The notes under the pieces were generated by a model. That model saw only the letters and a list, made by a program, of their open reading frames with translations. It was not told where the DNA came from and ran no database searches. Below are positions 1 to 7,187 of a DNA stretch of 11,920 nucleotides, piece after piece. The position numbers and the translations under genes were made by a program. Each line of letters begins with the position of its first letter. Position 1 is the first letter of the stretch. This DNA comes from an uncultured archaeon (GTDB taxonomy: Archaea; Asgardarchaeota; Thorarchaeia; Thorarchaeales; Thorarchaeaceae): NCBI GenBank assembly GCA_964590575.1, contig CAZPWM010000098.1, forward strand, positions 1-11,920. Reading direction: 5' to 3'.

Positions 1-990
1 AGTAGCTTTCATGAGTATCCAAATCAATCCATCCTGATCTATTTCTGTGTCAACCCATGAGCTGTTGAACTGTTGATGGTCGGCATCAAACAATCTCAGG
101 TTTGAGGAGATCGATTCTTCCCCTGTATCAGCATTCCATGATGTGATAGTGATTTCTGCATTGCATGGAATGATATAGGTATACGGTAGCGTAAATTCTT
201 CATAGTACTCAATGAGTTGGTTCGAACTGATTGTATAGACAACATCGTCATTTGTGCAACCAAGACGTTCCTCATTACAACTGACTGACCAAGCTAGAGC
301 CCCATTACTATCCAGTTTCTCTAGAGTGTCGCCTGTTGTGATATACAGAGAATCTGCGCCATAACAAGGCGAGGGATACCTCTCATATACATAGCTCCAT
401 TGCATCTGGCCTGTCTGGTTCAATGCGAGAAGGATGTATTCTCTGTTAGCTGGCGATTCATCCCATCTGGCTCCTCCGATGATGATTGTCCCATCTTCCA
501 TTACTAGAATCTCGTACCCCTTTTCAGTCTGACCCAGATCTATAGTAGCATTCCAAACTTGGTTTCCTTCGAAGCTATACTTCTCGACGAGTATGTCGCT
601 TTCATATCTGCCAACCACATAGACAAAAGATCCGTCATGTGTCACATCGTAGTATTTTCTGTCGAAGTGGTCAGTTATGCGAGACCATAGGACAGCTCCA
701 TCACTTCCCCAGGCTATCAAAGTAACTTCTGTTGGTCCATGGACAGATCCACTTCCCGGATGGTGACTGACTGTGAACATCCTTCCATCATCTGTTACAG
801 AAAAACTCACAGTATATGTTTCAAGCATGAAGTTGTCATTCGTTGTCCTATTGCCAAAAACCACGGGTTCTAGAAGTATATCATCATCGTCAAGAATAAT
901 TTCCGTATCTGGGCTCGCATTTGGGGCTATAGATGCAATTATGATAATCAGACTGATTGATATTACATGCACCTTGAACATCAAACACAT
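1..990 (-). CDS. Secreted/surface beta-propeller-like (PQQ-like repeat) protein, 3'-truncated by the window edge; paralog of 1856..3121
   Basis: Not in the ORF track. Manual translation from ATG 990 (alternative ATG 981, downstream of GGGGG) stays open to position 1: MCLMFKVHVISISLIIIIASIAP (signal-like)...LIAWGSDGAVLWSR...EKYSFEGNQVWNATIDLG...EDGTIIIGG...WNADTGE...LFDADHQQFNSS...ILMKAT. These blocks are collinear with the 421-aa ORF. Confidence 0.88.
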   Translation of the reverse strand, partial: MCLMFKVHVISISLIIIIASIAPNASPDTEIILDDDDILLEPVVFGNRTTNDNFMLETYTVSFSVTDDGRMFTVSHHPGSGSVHGPTEVTLIAWGSDGAVLWSRITDHFDRKYYDVTHDGSFVYVVGRYESDILVEKYSFEGNQVWNATIDLGQTEKGYEILVMEDGTIIIGGARWDESPANREYILLALNQTGQMQWSYVYERYPSPCYGADSLYITTGDTLEKLDSNGALAWSVSCNEERLGCTNDDVVYTISSNQLIEYYEEFTLPYTYIIPCNAEITITSWNADTGEESISSNLRLFDADHQQFNSSWVDTEIDQDGLIWILMKAT

Positions 991-1024
991 TCCCCCTTGA
1001 ATGGCTACTCCTACTCAAATTAAT

Positions 1025-1152
1025 TTACTCATCAACGCTCGCCCTGAGGTACACACACAGATTTCCTCAGCCAGACTCTTGAATGCTTTCTCGATATTCT
1101 CTCCAGTGTTCAGCGTAATGAACATGATTGGCACCGGGAGGAATTCTGCTGC
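1025..1152 (-). pseudogene. C-terminal remnant of a Rab-like GTPase paralog of 3248..3817
   Basis: Reverse strand reads AAEFLPVPIMFITLNTGENIEKAFKSLAEEI versus IAKTLSVPIFFISLNTGENIEKAIKSLATKI in the intact copy. An in-frame TAG lies directly upstream (1153-1155). After a (TG)n run the likely original ending YLRASVDE* (TAA 1025-1027) is in a shifted frame. Confidence 0.85.
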
Positions 1153-1205
1153 CTAGATTTTTATCGTACCAAATTTCCATCCACGATAAGTTACTGGTGA
1201 TGACC

Positions 1206-1814
1206 ATGTCGCTAATTCAGATTTTGGCAATCTGTGGAATGCTCAGTCCAATCATCTACACATTGATGTGGATCATTGGAGGATTCCTTCAACCAGAATA
1301 CAGTCATATCAAACAGGATGTCAGTTCGCTTGTTGCTGTTGATGCTCCTAACAAGAAGTTGCTTGATAAGTTCATCATCACATCTAGCACCCTGCTATTC
1401 ATATTCTATATTGGGTTGTATTGGGGAATAAACAGTGGAGTCGGGTCTATCATTGGTCCTATCTTTTTCGTGATTAGTGGACTCCTCGGAGTCCTGGTGG
1501 CTGTCTTCTTTCCTCTTGATGCAGGTGGTGAGCTGATGACAACACGGGCGAAATTGCATCTTGGTCTTATCGCGATATCTGGGATATTGGCGACCGCAGG
1601 TATGATTGCTCTGTGGTTTCGCTTGGCATCAGATACAGTATGGAGTATATTTGCGAGTTTCTCTCTTATTACAGCAATGGTATCTCTGATTCTTGTCATT
1701 GCTTCCTCGATAGCTGCCAAGAGTAATTACTTGGGATTGGTTGAGAGATTCATGGTCAGTACTTACCAAGTCTATTACTTTGTACTAGCATTGATGGTGT
1801 TTCTTACTAACTAG
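1206..1814 (+). CDS. DUF998-family multi-pass membrane protein
   Basis: About 5-6 hydrophobic segments. PEYSHIKQDVSSL resembles the family 'Y-S-H-x-x-Q-x-(I/V)-S-x-L' motif, a His lies in a central helix (KLHL) and GLVERF matches the C-terminal 'G-L-x-(Q/E)-R' motif. Start moved from 1128 to ATG 1206 (or 1200) because GGTGA lies at 1196-1200 and the longer version overlaps the GTPase remnant. Confidence 0.8.
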   Translation: MSLIQILAICGMLSPIIYTLMWIIGGFLQPEYSHIKQDVSSLVAVDAPNKKLLDKFIITSSTLLFIFYIGLYWGINSGVGSIIGPIFFVISGLLGVLVAVFFPLDAGGELMTTRAKLHLGLIAISGILATAGMIALWFRLASDTVWSIFASFSLITAMVSLILVIASSIAAKSNYLGLVERFMVSTYQVYYFVLALMVFLTN

Positions 1815-1855
1815 AACAGTTACATTATGTAAGAGATTCATTGCTCCGAACTATC

Positions 1856-3121
1856 TTAAGATCTCATTCGACTACTTGAGTACTTCTTCTTCAGGAAAAT
1901 TATCAATCCAGTATCAAATAGAATGACTCCAACTGCAACAATACCGACTATCTGATAGTCGTCACCATAAGTTGTTGAATCGAAATACGGAGTGAGCTGA
2001 CTTGGATCATATAACGCTACTGCTAGTCCATTGCGACCATACCCTGCTACATGGATAACTCCAGATTCACCTACTGCGAATATAGCCGTGTACCATGCAC
2101 TATCAAGAAGATACGTCTTGGAAACGACTTTTCTGTTTTGTGACACACTTTGGAGATACCATCTTCCCAACTCAAAAACATTAATCAGAAACATCAAGGA
2201 TCCGTCGTGGGTTATTGCATAATCAATCCCCGAGCTGTTATACAACTGATGATCCGTGTCATACAATCCGTAGTTCTGCGTCCAAAACTGCTCGCCAGTC
2301 AATGCATTCCATTTTGAAAGCTTGACAGACGCTTCTTGGAAGGTCCCAGGAATCCCGGGGAGGTCTTGGTACGATTCTTTTTCTTCAGGAGTATAGAGTA
2401 TTTCACCATTAGTGTACACTTGACGCCCCTCATTATAATTAGCAGACCAAATGAGTACACCATCCGTCTGATATTTCTGAAGAACCCCATCACAAATGAC
2501 GTAGATAAAGGTCGAGCTGCATATAGGTGTTGGATGATTTTGAAGAATCTTATGCCACAGAACTTGACCACTAGGATCAAATGCTGCAATGAAATAGTCG
2601 GTCGAAGTATTGTATGTACTCCCTCCAACTACTATGGTTCCGTCCTCTGAAATAGAAATATCTAGGCCCCATTCACTACCTCCCAAATCCCATGTAATAT
2701 TCCATACATTGTTTCCTTGCTGGTCATACTTTCCAAGGAAAAGATTAGAATGTTCGACACCCGTCACAAAAACATTAGTTGCATCTGTTTCTACACCAAA
2801 AAGGATGCGTTGCCATGTTGTGAATCTCTTTGACCATAAAATGCTACCATTAGAATCCCAGGCGATAAAGGATGCTGGTGCGGGGCCTCTGATTAGTTCC
2901 CACCTCGTATCGACACTGACAACATAGGTACTTCCTGTATTTGACACAGACATATCGATTGGTACTTCATAGCTTGTGGTTAAATTTCCAAAAGCAAGGG
3001 GTGTGATGTTGGTTTCATTGTTCTCTGGTACAACAATCATCGTATCCGCATCGGTCGTCGGTACGAGTGATATGAGAATGATGAGTATAGTACATGATAC
3101 AACCATCACCTTCCATCTCAA
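1856..3121 (-). CDS. Membrane-anchored beta-propeller-like (PQQ-like repeat) surface glycoprotein
   Basis: N-terminal signal peptide; repeated (W/Y/F)DxxGxxLW blade-like motifs (AWDSNGSILW, KYDQQGNNVW, AFDPSGQVLW, KYQTDGVLIW, WNALTGEQFW); 7 N-x-S/T sequons; C-terminal TM helix followed by KKK. TTG start preceded by GGTGTGAGG. Confidence 0.82.
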   Translation of the reverse strand: MRWKVMVVSCTILIILISLVPTTDADTMIVVPENNETNITPLAFGNLTTSYEVPIDMSVSNTGSTYVVSVDTRWELIRGPAPASFIAWDSNGSILWSKRFTTWQRILFGVETDATNVFVTGVEHSNLFLGKYDQQGNNVWNITWDLGGSEWGLDISISEDGTIVVGGSTYNTSTDYFIAAFDPSGQVLWHKILQNHPTPICSSTFIYVICDGVLQKYQTDGVLIWSANYNEGRQVYTNGEILYTPEEKESYQDLPGIPGTFQEASVKLSKWNALTGEQFWTQNYGLYDTDHQLYNSSGIDYAITHDGSLMFLINVFELGRWYLQSVSQNRKVVSKTYLLDSAWYTAIFAVGESGVIHVAGYGRNGLAVALYDPSQLTPYFDSTTYGDDYQIVGIVAVGVILFDTGLIIFLKKKYSSSRMRS

Positions 3122-3247
3122 TCCTCACACCATCATACTATTATCATCCCTACCAAGTTTAAGATATGCATTTACGCTCGGTGGAGAAATACTTCAACAA
3201 ATTTTCTTCAAGAAAACATCTATTATCGAACTCTTAAAGACGTACCT

Positions 3248-3817
3248 CTACTCATTGTCTACAAAGTGCTCTTTTATGAAAATCTTCGTAGCTAGGCTCT
3301 TGATTGCTTTCTCGATGTTTTCTCCTGTGTTTAAACTTATGAAGAAGATTGGAACTGAAAGTGTTTTTGCAATCTCACGAAGTGCGGCTGTCTGTCCCTT
3401 GACCAACTTCTGAGATTTGTCCACAATCATTATTGTTGGTAGTGGATGACCCACATGGAGATTGACAGTTTCCACTAAGTTCGATAATTCTGATGGTAGG
3501 GTTTCTCGTGTAGGATCAGCACACAACACAACACCAGTAAATCTCCGAAAGTAGTCACGTGGTTCTAATGTTTCGTAGAGCTCCCAGACCCAAGGCCCAT
3601 GCAATTCTAGATCAAGTTCAAGGGTCGCGATTAGTCCGTAATGAGATACAGTAACGTGTTTAATCCATTCGTCTTTTGGCCATTCTTCCTCAAGTGATTC
3701 TCTTGCTACCGTTCTAGGGTCAGTGAGATTCCTATCAAGTGCTTTGGCACAGAGACTGTATCCTATTTCCTCATCTCCAGCAATAAGTATCCTATACACT
3801 TCGGGGCGTGAACTCAT
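3248..3817 (-). CDS. Degenerate Ras/Rab-like small GTPase-fold protein (probable pseudo-GTPase)
   Basis: Rab-like pattern along the protein: YRILIAGDEEIGYS (G1), YFRRFTGVVLCADPT, LPTIMIVDKSQ (G4), PIFFISLNTGENIEKAI (G5). The G1 Lys, G3 DxxG, G4 NKxD and G5 SAK are all altered. GGAGG RBS upstream of the ATG. Confidence 0.8.
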   Translation of the reverse strand: MSSRPEVYRILIAGDEEIGYSLCAKALDRNLTDPRTVARESLEEEWPKDEWIKHVTVSHYGLIATLELDLELHGPWVWELYETLEPRDYFRRFTGVVLCADPTRETLPSELSNLVETVNLHVGHPLPTIMIVDKSQKLVKGQTAALREIAKTLSVPIFFISLNTGENIEKAIKSLATKIFIKEHFVDNE

Positions 3818-3919
3818 ACTGTTAGCCTCCTATGACTCATGATGAATCTAGGCGTCTTGGAATTTATACCAAGTAGCCATAGCTACCTTTGACATTTAAC
3901 ATTTAACAAAGACGAGTTT

Positions 3920-4309
3920 TCATGAACTTGAGACGTTCTTCAGATACTCAGATAGTTTCTCAATTGTTATTGGATTCACAACGTGTTCTATTTCACAAGC
4001 GTCAGTCGATGCAATCTCCTTGTCAACACCAATCATGAGTAAAAAGTCCATCAGGGTTCTATTGCGATTATGAAGCTTCTTTGCTACTGCCTTCCCGCCT
4101 TTTGTAAGTTTTACATTCTGATATCGACGATATTTTACCATACCCATGCTATCGAGCTTTTGCAGAGCTGCAGTCACGCTCGGTGCCTTTACACCAAGAC
4201 GGTCCGCAATTTCTGAAACTGTTGCAATCCCAAGTTCTTCTTCTAGCTCATAAGCTACCTTTACATACATCTCAAGGGCTTTTGTGAGTTCTACGGTTTC
4301 TGTACTCAC
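3920..4309 (-). CDS. dtxR: DtxR/IdeR/MntR-family metal-dependent transcriptional repressor (no C-terminal SH3/FeoA domain)
   Basis: EMYVKVAYELEEE, winged HTH SEIADRLGVKAPSVTAALQKL, LTKGG, and ACEIEH metal-binding motif. GTG start overlaps the feoC stop (GTGA) with a GGAGGTGG RBS. Confidence 0.93.
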   Translation of the reverse strand: MSTETVELTKALEMYVKVAYELEEELGIATVSEIADRLGVKAPSVTAALQKLDSMGMVKYRRYQNVKLTKGGKAVAKKLHNRNRTLMDFLLMIGVDKEIASTDACEIEHVVNPITIEKLSEYLKNVSSS

Positions 4310-4590
4310 TTACTTCCACCTCCATTCATACTAGCATACGCTTTCCCTTTGTCTGTGACGTAGAATACCTGACCTGTATTAGTTATCATGTTGCAACCTG
4401 CAGCACTCTGGCAACCTGAACAGGTGGACTCTATATCACATCCATTCTCTTCCATCCGCAGATATCCCCTTTCGACTAACAGGCGGATGATATCATCAAG
4501 TGTTTCAACTTGAATGCCTATTCGACGGGCTATCTGACTCTTGTCCAAAATCCCCTCTGAAACAATCAGTTGCAGGACCTTCTTGATCAT
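4306..4590 (-). CDS. feoC: FeoC-like winged-helix protein with a 4-Cys putative Fe-S motif
   Basis: HTH SQIARRIGIQVETLDDIIRLLVERGYL followed by C-x5-C-x2-C-x5-C in the wing; located in the feo operon with an ATGA overlap. Confidence 0.8.
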   Translation of the reverse strand: MIKKVLQLIVSEGILDKSQIARRIGIQVETLDDIIRLLVERGYLRMEENGCDIESTCSGCQSAAGCNMITNTGQVFYVTDKGKAYASMNGGGSK

Positions 4591-5066
4591 TTACTTATCG
4601 CCTCCTTTGATACACCCATGATTTTGTTCCTCATGTTACCAATTACCCAGAGCGAGCCAGTACCAGTCATTAATATGATGAACATCCAAAGTGAGGGTGT
4701 GATGTCACTCCATACACTCCAAGCTAACCAATCTTCAAAATGTAGAAACCAACCTAGTGCATTGGTCAGAATAACAAGCACTTGCAGACCAAACAACAGA
4801 GCTGCAAGGATATACCCTACAGCAATGAACGCATATCCCTCCTGATTGTTCTCAGAGAGTGGTTTCACTCCCGTCAAGAAGACAGCTGCAACAATGATTA
4901 GTAGTACTCCACCAACGACGTCTGAGAACCCAACGAGTGGAGAGATGAGTTGAAGACTTGAGAGTACCTGCACAACCCCAATAGTAAGATACGCAATTCC
5001 AATTGCTAAAGTAAAGAAGGATGCCCATTTGTTATCGTCTGGTAGGTTGAGATTTTCTCTATACAA
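4587..5066 (-). CDS. Uncharacterised integral membrane protein with about 4 TM helices, in the feo operon
   Basis: Four hydrophobic segments. Likely start is TTG 5066, which has GGAGGT just upstream (the ORF track gives 5081). Overlaps the feoB stop and the feoC start. Confidence 0.8.
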   Translation of the reverse strand: MYRENLNLPDDNKWASFFTLAIGIAYLTIGVVQVLSSLQLISPLVGFSDVVGGVLLIIVAAVFLTGVKPLSENNQEGYAFIAVGYILAALLFGLQVLVILTNALGWFLHFEDWLAWSVWSDITPSLWMFIILMTGTGSLWVIGNMRNKIMGVSKEAISK

Positions 5067-6378
5067 AGAACAGACCTCCAATGATTATCACCAGTAAAGC
5101 AACAATATATGCCAACACTAGTTGATATGCTACCGAGAATCCTGTCCATTTCCAAGAACCGGTTTCTTTTTTGATTGCTGCAATTGTCGCAAGACATGGA
5201 ATATATAGCAGTACAAAGACCATTAGGGCAACTGCTGATAGTGGAGTCATACTCCCAAGTAATGCTGTTTCAAGGCCAATCCCTCCTACTGCGTACACAA
5301 TAGCTAGAGACTGGATTACAGCTTCCTTAGCAATGAATCCAAAGATTAGCCCTGTAACAATTTGCCAACTAAATCCTAAAGGCACGAAGATGGGTTCAAA
5401 GAGGCGACCTAGAATTGCGGCGAACGACTCATCAATAGGAATACCTGCCCCTGCAGGACCAAATGTTGACAATACCCACATCACGATACTCCCTATCAAG
5501 AGATATGTGCCTGCAGTTCTTACAAACATAAGTCCTCTATCCCACATGTGTCGGAATGATCCATGAATAGTAGGGATTTGATACTGCGAAAGTTCCATGA
5601 GCATCGAGGAGGATTCCTCTCTCAATATTGTCTTCTTGAAAATAATTGCCACAATGACCGCCATCACAATACCAAACATATACATGAGAAACACAACTGT
5701 GCCCGCAAAAGTCGGGAAAAAGACTCCTGCAATCAGGATGTATATTGGGAGTCTCCCAGCGCATGACATTAGCGGACTCACAAGGATTGTAGTCAGTCTA
5801 TTTGATTCTCCATCAACAGTCCTCGTTGCCATGATTGCTGCTACACTACAACCAAAACCCAAGAGTAATGGAATGAACGACCTTCCATGCAATCCCATCT
5901 TCATCATGAAGCGATCCATAACAAAAGCAGCCCTAGACAAATAACCTGTATCCTCAAGAACTGAAATAGCCAAGTAAAGGAAGAAAATCGGTGGCACGAA
6001 TGTGAGGATGAATCCCACTCCACCTAGAATTCCATTAGTCAGTAGTGACGCTAACAGTGGAATTGGAATCTGAGATGTGAATGTTCCAATCCACGCAAAG
6101 AACTGTGTGATCATCTCCATAAATACAAGAGATATCTCAAAGGTGAAATGAAACATTGCCCACATGGTTACCAAGAATATTGGTAGACCAAGGTACCGAT
6201 GAAGGAGGACTCGGTCAAGCATATCGCTTAGGATCCATTTTCCTTTTCCAGGAACATATGTTTCGCAAAGAATCCGACCTATGACTTCGTACCTCTCGTC
6301 TGCGAGAATAATTTGAGGATCAATTGATTCCTCTTGCTCCTCTTCTACTTCCAATATAGGGTCGCTTGATATTTTCAC
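5059..6378 (-). CDS. feoB: Ferrous iron transporter FeoB, membrane (Gate/FeoB_C/Gate) half
   Basis: LADERY, LDRVLLHRYLGLPIF, LEDTGYLSRAAFVMDRFM, GLHGRSFIPLLLGFGC, PLMSCAGRLP, MEL..Y..P, AKE and LYIPCLATIAAIKKE motifs; no G-domain. Confidence 0.95.
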   Translation of the reverse strand: MKISSDPILEVEEEQEESIDPQIILADERYEVIGRILCETYVPGKGKWILSDMLDRVLLHRYLGLPIFLVTMWAMFHFTFEISLVFMEMITQFFAWIGTFTSQIPIPLLASLLTNGILGGVGFILTFVPPIFFLYLAISVLEDTGYLSRAAFVMDRFMMKMGLHGRSFIPLLLGFGCSVAAIMATRTVDGESNRLTTILVSPLMSCAGRLPIYILIAGVFFPTFAGTVVFLMYMFGIVMAVIVAIIFKKTILREESSSMLMELSQYQIPTIHGSFRHMWDRGLMFVRTAGTYLLIGSIVMWVLSTFGPAGAGIPIDESFAAILGRLFEPIFVPLGFSWQIVTGLIFGFIAKEAVIQSLAIVYAVGGIGLETALLGSMTPLSAVALMVFVLLYIPCLATIAAIKKETGSWKWTGFSVAYQLVLAYIVALLVIIIGGLFFV

Positions 6379-7187
6379 AAGACCACTTCCAAAACCCGTT
6401 CTTTGATTGGTGAATTCTCAAATAATGTGAGTATCTCTGGGTCTCTCTCGATGACTTTGAGGGCTAACCAACGAGGAGGGAACCTATCCAAAAGATCTTT
6501 ATCCTCTTGCAGTATCGCGACAAGCTCCTTGAGCTTCGATTCTATTATTAGACTATATTTGATTGTAGGAGGTTTAAGCCGTTCAAATTCGCCATGGTGA
6601 TGGTGGATTGGGTGATAATGAAGGTGGTTTCCTCCATCAGTATCGCCAGCTGTGTGAATGGGGACAGTAGTATCCTTGGAGTTTTCATGGTAATGTCGTG
6701 GAACAACAGCTAAGATTGCATCCTTTAGTTCTTCTATCCCTTCCTTTCGAGTTGCTGTTGTTGCAATCACTGGAGCGCCCAAACGTTTCGAAAGTCCTTC
6801 GAGATCTATTTTGTCTCCTCTGGACTGGACCACGTCATACATGTTGAGAGCTACTACAAGATTGACTTGAAGTTCAATGAGAAGTAGTGTGAGGTATAGG
6901 TTTCTCTCAAGTTGCGACGCATTGACAATGTCAACAACTACATCTGGACGGTGGTCCACAATGAATGACCTCGCAACCTTTTCATCCTCTGAAACTGCAC
7001 TGAGACTATATACTCCAGGTAAATCAACAATTTCAAAATCTACACCTTGATGGGTGAAATAGCCTACCTTCTTCTCGACCGTTTTACCTGGCCAGTTTCC
7101 AGTGTGTTGCTTCATACCCGTCAAGCTGTTAAAGATGACAGATTTGCCCACATTGGGATTGCCAATTAGCGCAACACAGATCTTCAT
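6375..7187 (-). CDS. feoB: FeoB N-terminal GTPase plus part of the helical domain, encoded separately; carries a His-rich insert
   Basis: G1 GNPNVGKS, G2 GNWPGKTVE, G3 DLPGVY, LERNLYL, G4 NMYD, and RWLALKVIERD of the helical domain. Ends at a TGA overlapping the GTG of the permease half. Confidence 0.95.
   Translation of the reverse strand: MKICVALIGNPNVGKSVIFNSLTGMKQHTGNWPGKTVEKKVGYFTHQGVDFEIVDLPGVYSLSAVSEDEKVARSFIVDHRPDVVVDIVNASQLERNLYLTLLLIELQVNLVVALNMYDVVQSRGDKIDLEGLSKRLGAPVIATTATRKEGIEELKDAILAVVPRHYHENSKDTTVPIHTAGDTDGGNHLHYHPIHHHHGEFERLKPPTIKYSLIIESKLKELVAILQEDKDLLDRFPPRWLALKVIERDPEILTLFENSPIKERVLEVVL

Noticed and set aside
773-1000. 75-aa plus-strand ORF
   Set aside because: It is an antisense shadow of the propeller gene at <1..990.
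1128-1205. N-terminal extension of the DUF998 ORF from the TTG at 1128
   Set aside because: It overlaps the GTPase remnant, and a better RBS and ATG lie at 1196-1208.
1153-1855. Mobile element carrying the DUF998 gene
   Set aside because: No transposase or integrase, terminal inverted repeats or target-site duplication were found.
1406-3413. Short alternative ORFs (1406..1720, 2031..2222, 2299..2628, 2336..2650, 2610..2927, 2976..3413)
   Set aside because: They are antisense or out-of-frame overlaps of well-supported genes and show no recognisable motifs.
3892-3908. Short direct repeat ACATTTA-ACATTTA-AC downstream of dtxR
   Set aside because: It is too short and AT-rich to distinguish from chance, although it may lie in the operon's termination region.
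6390-6398. GGGTTTT as a -1 programmed frameshift site fusing feoB-N and feoB-C
   Set aside because: In the feoB-N frame it reads CGG GTT TTG, not the required X XXY YYZ phase, and no downstream stimulatory structure was evident.
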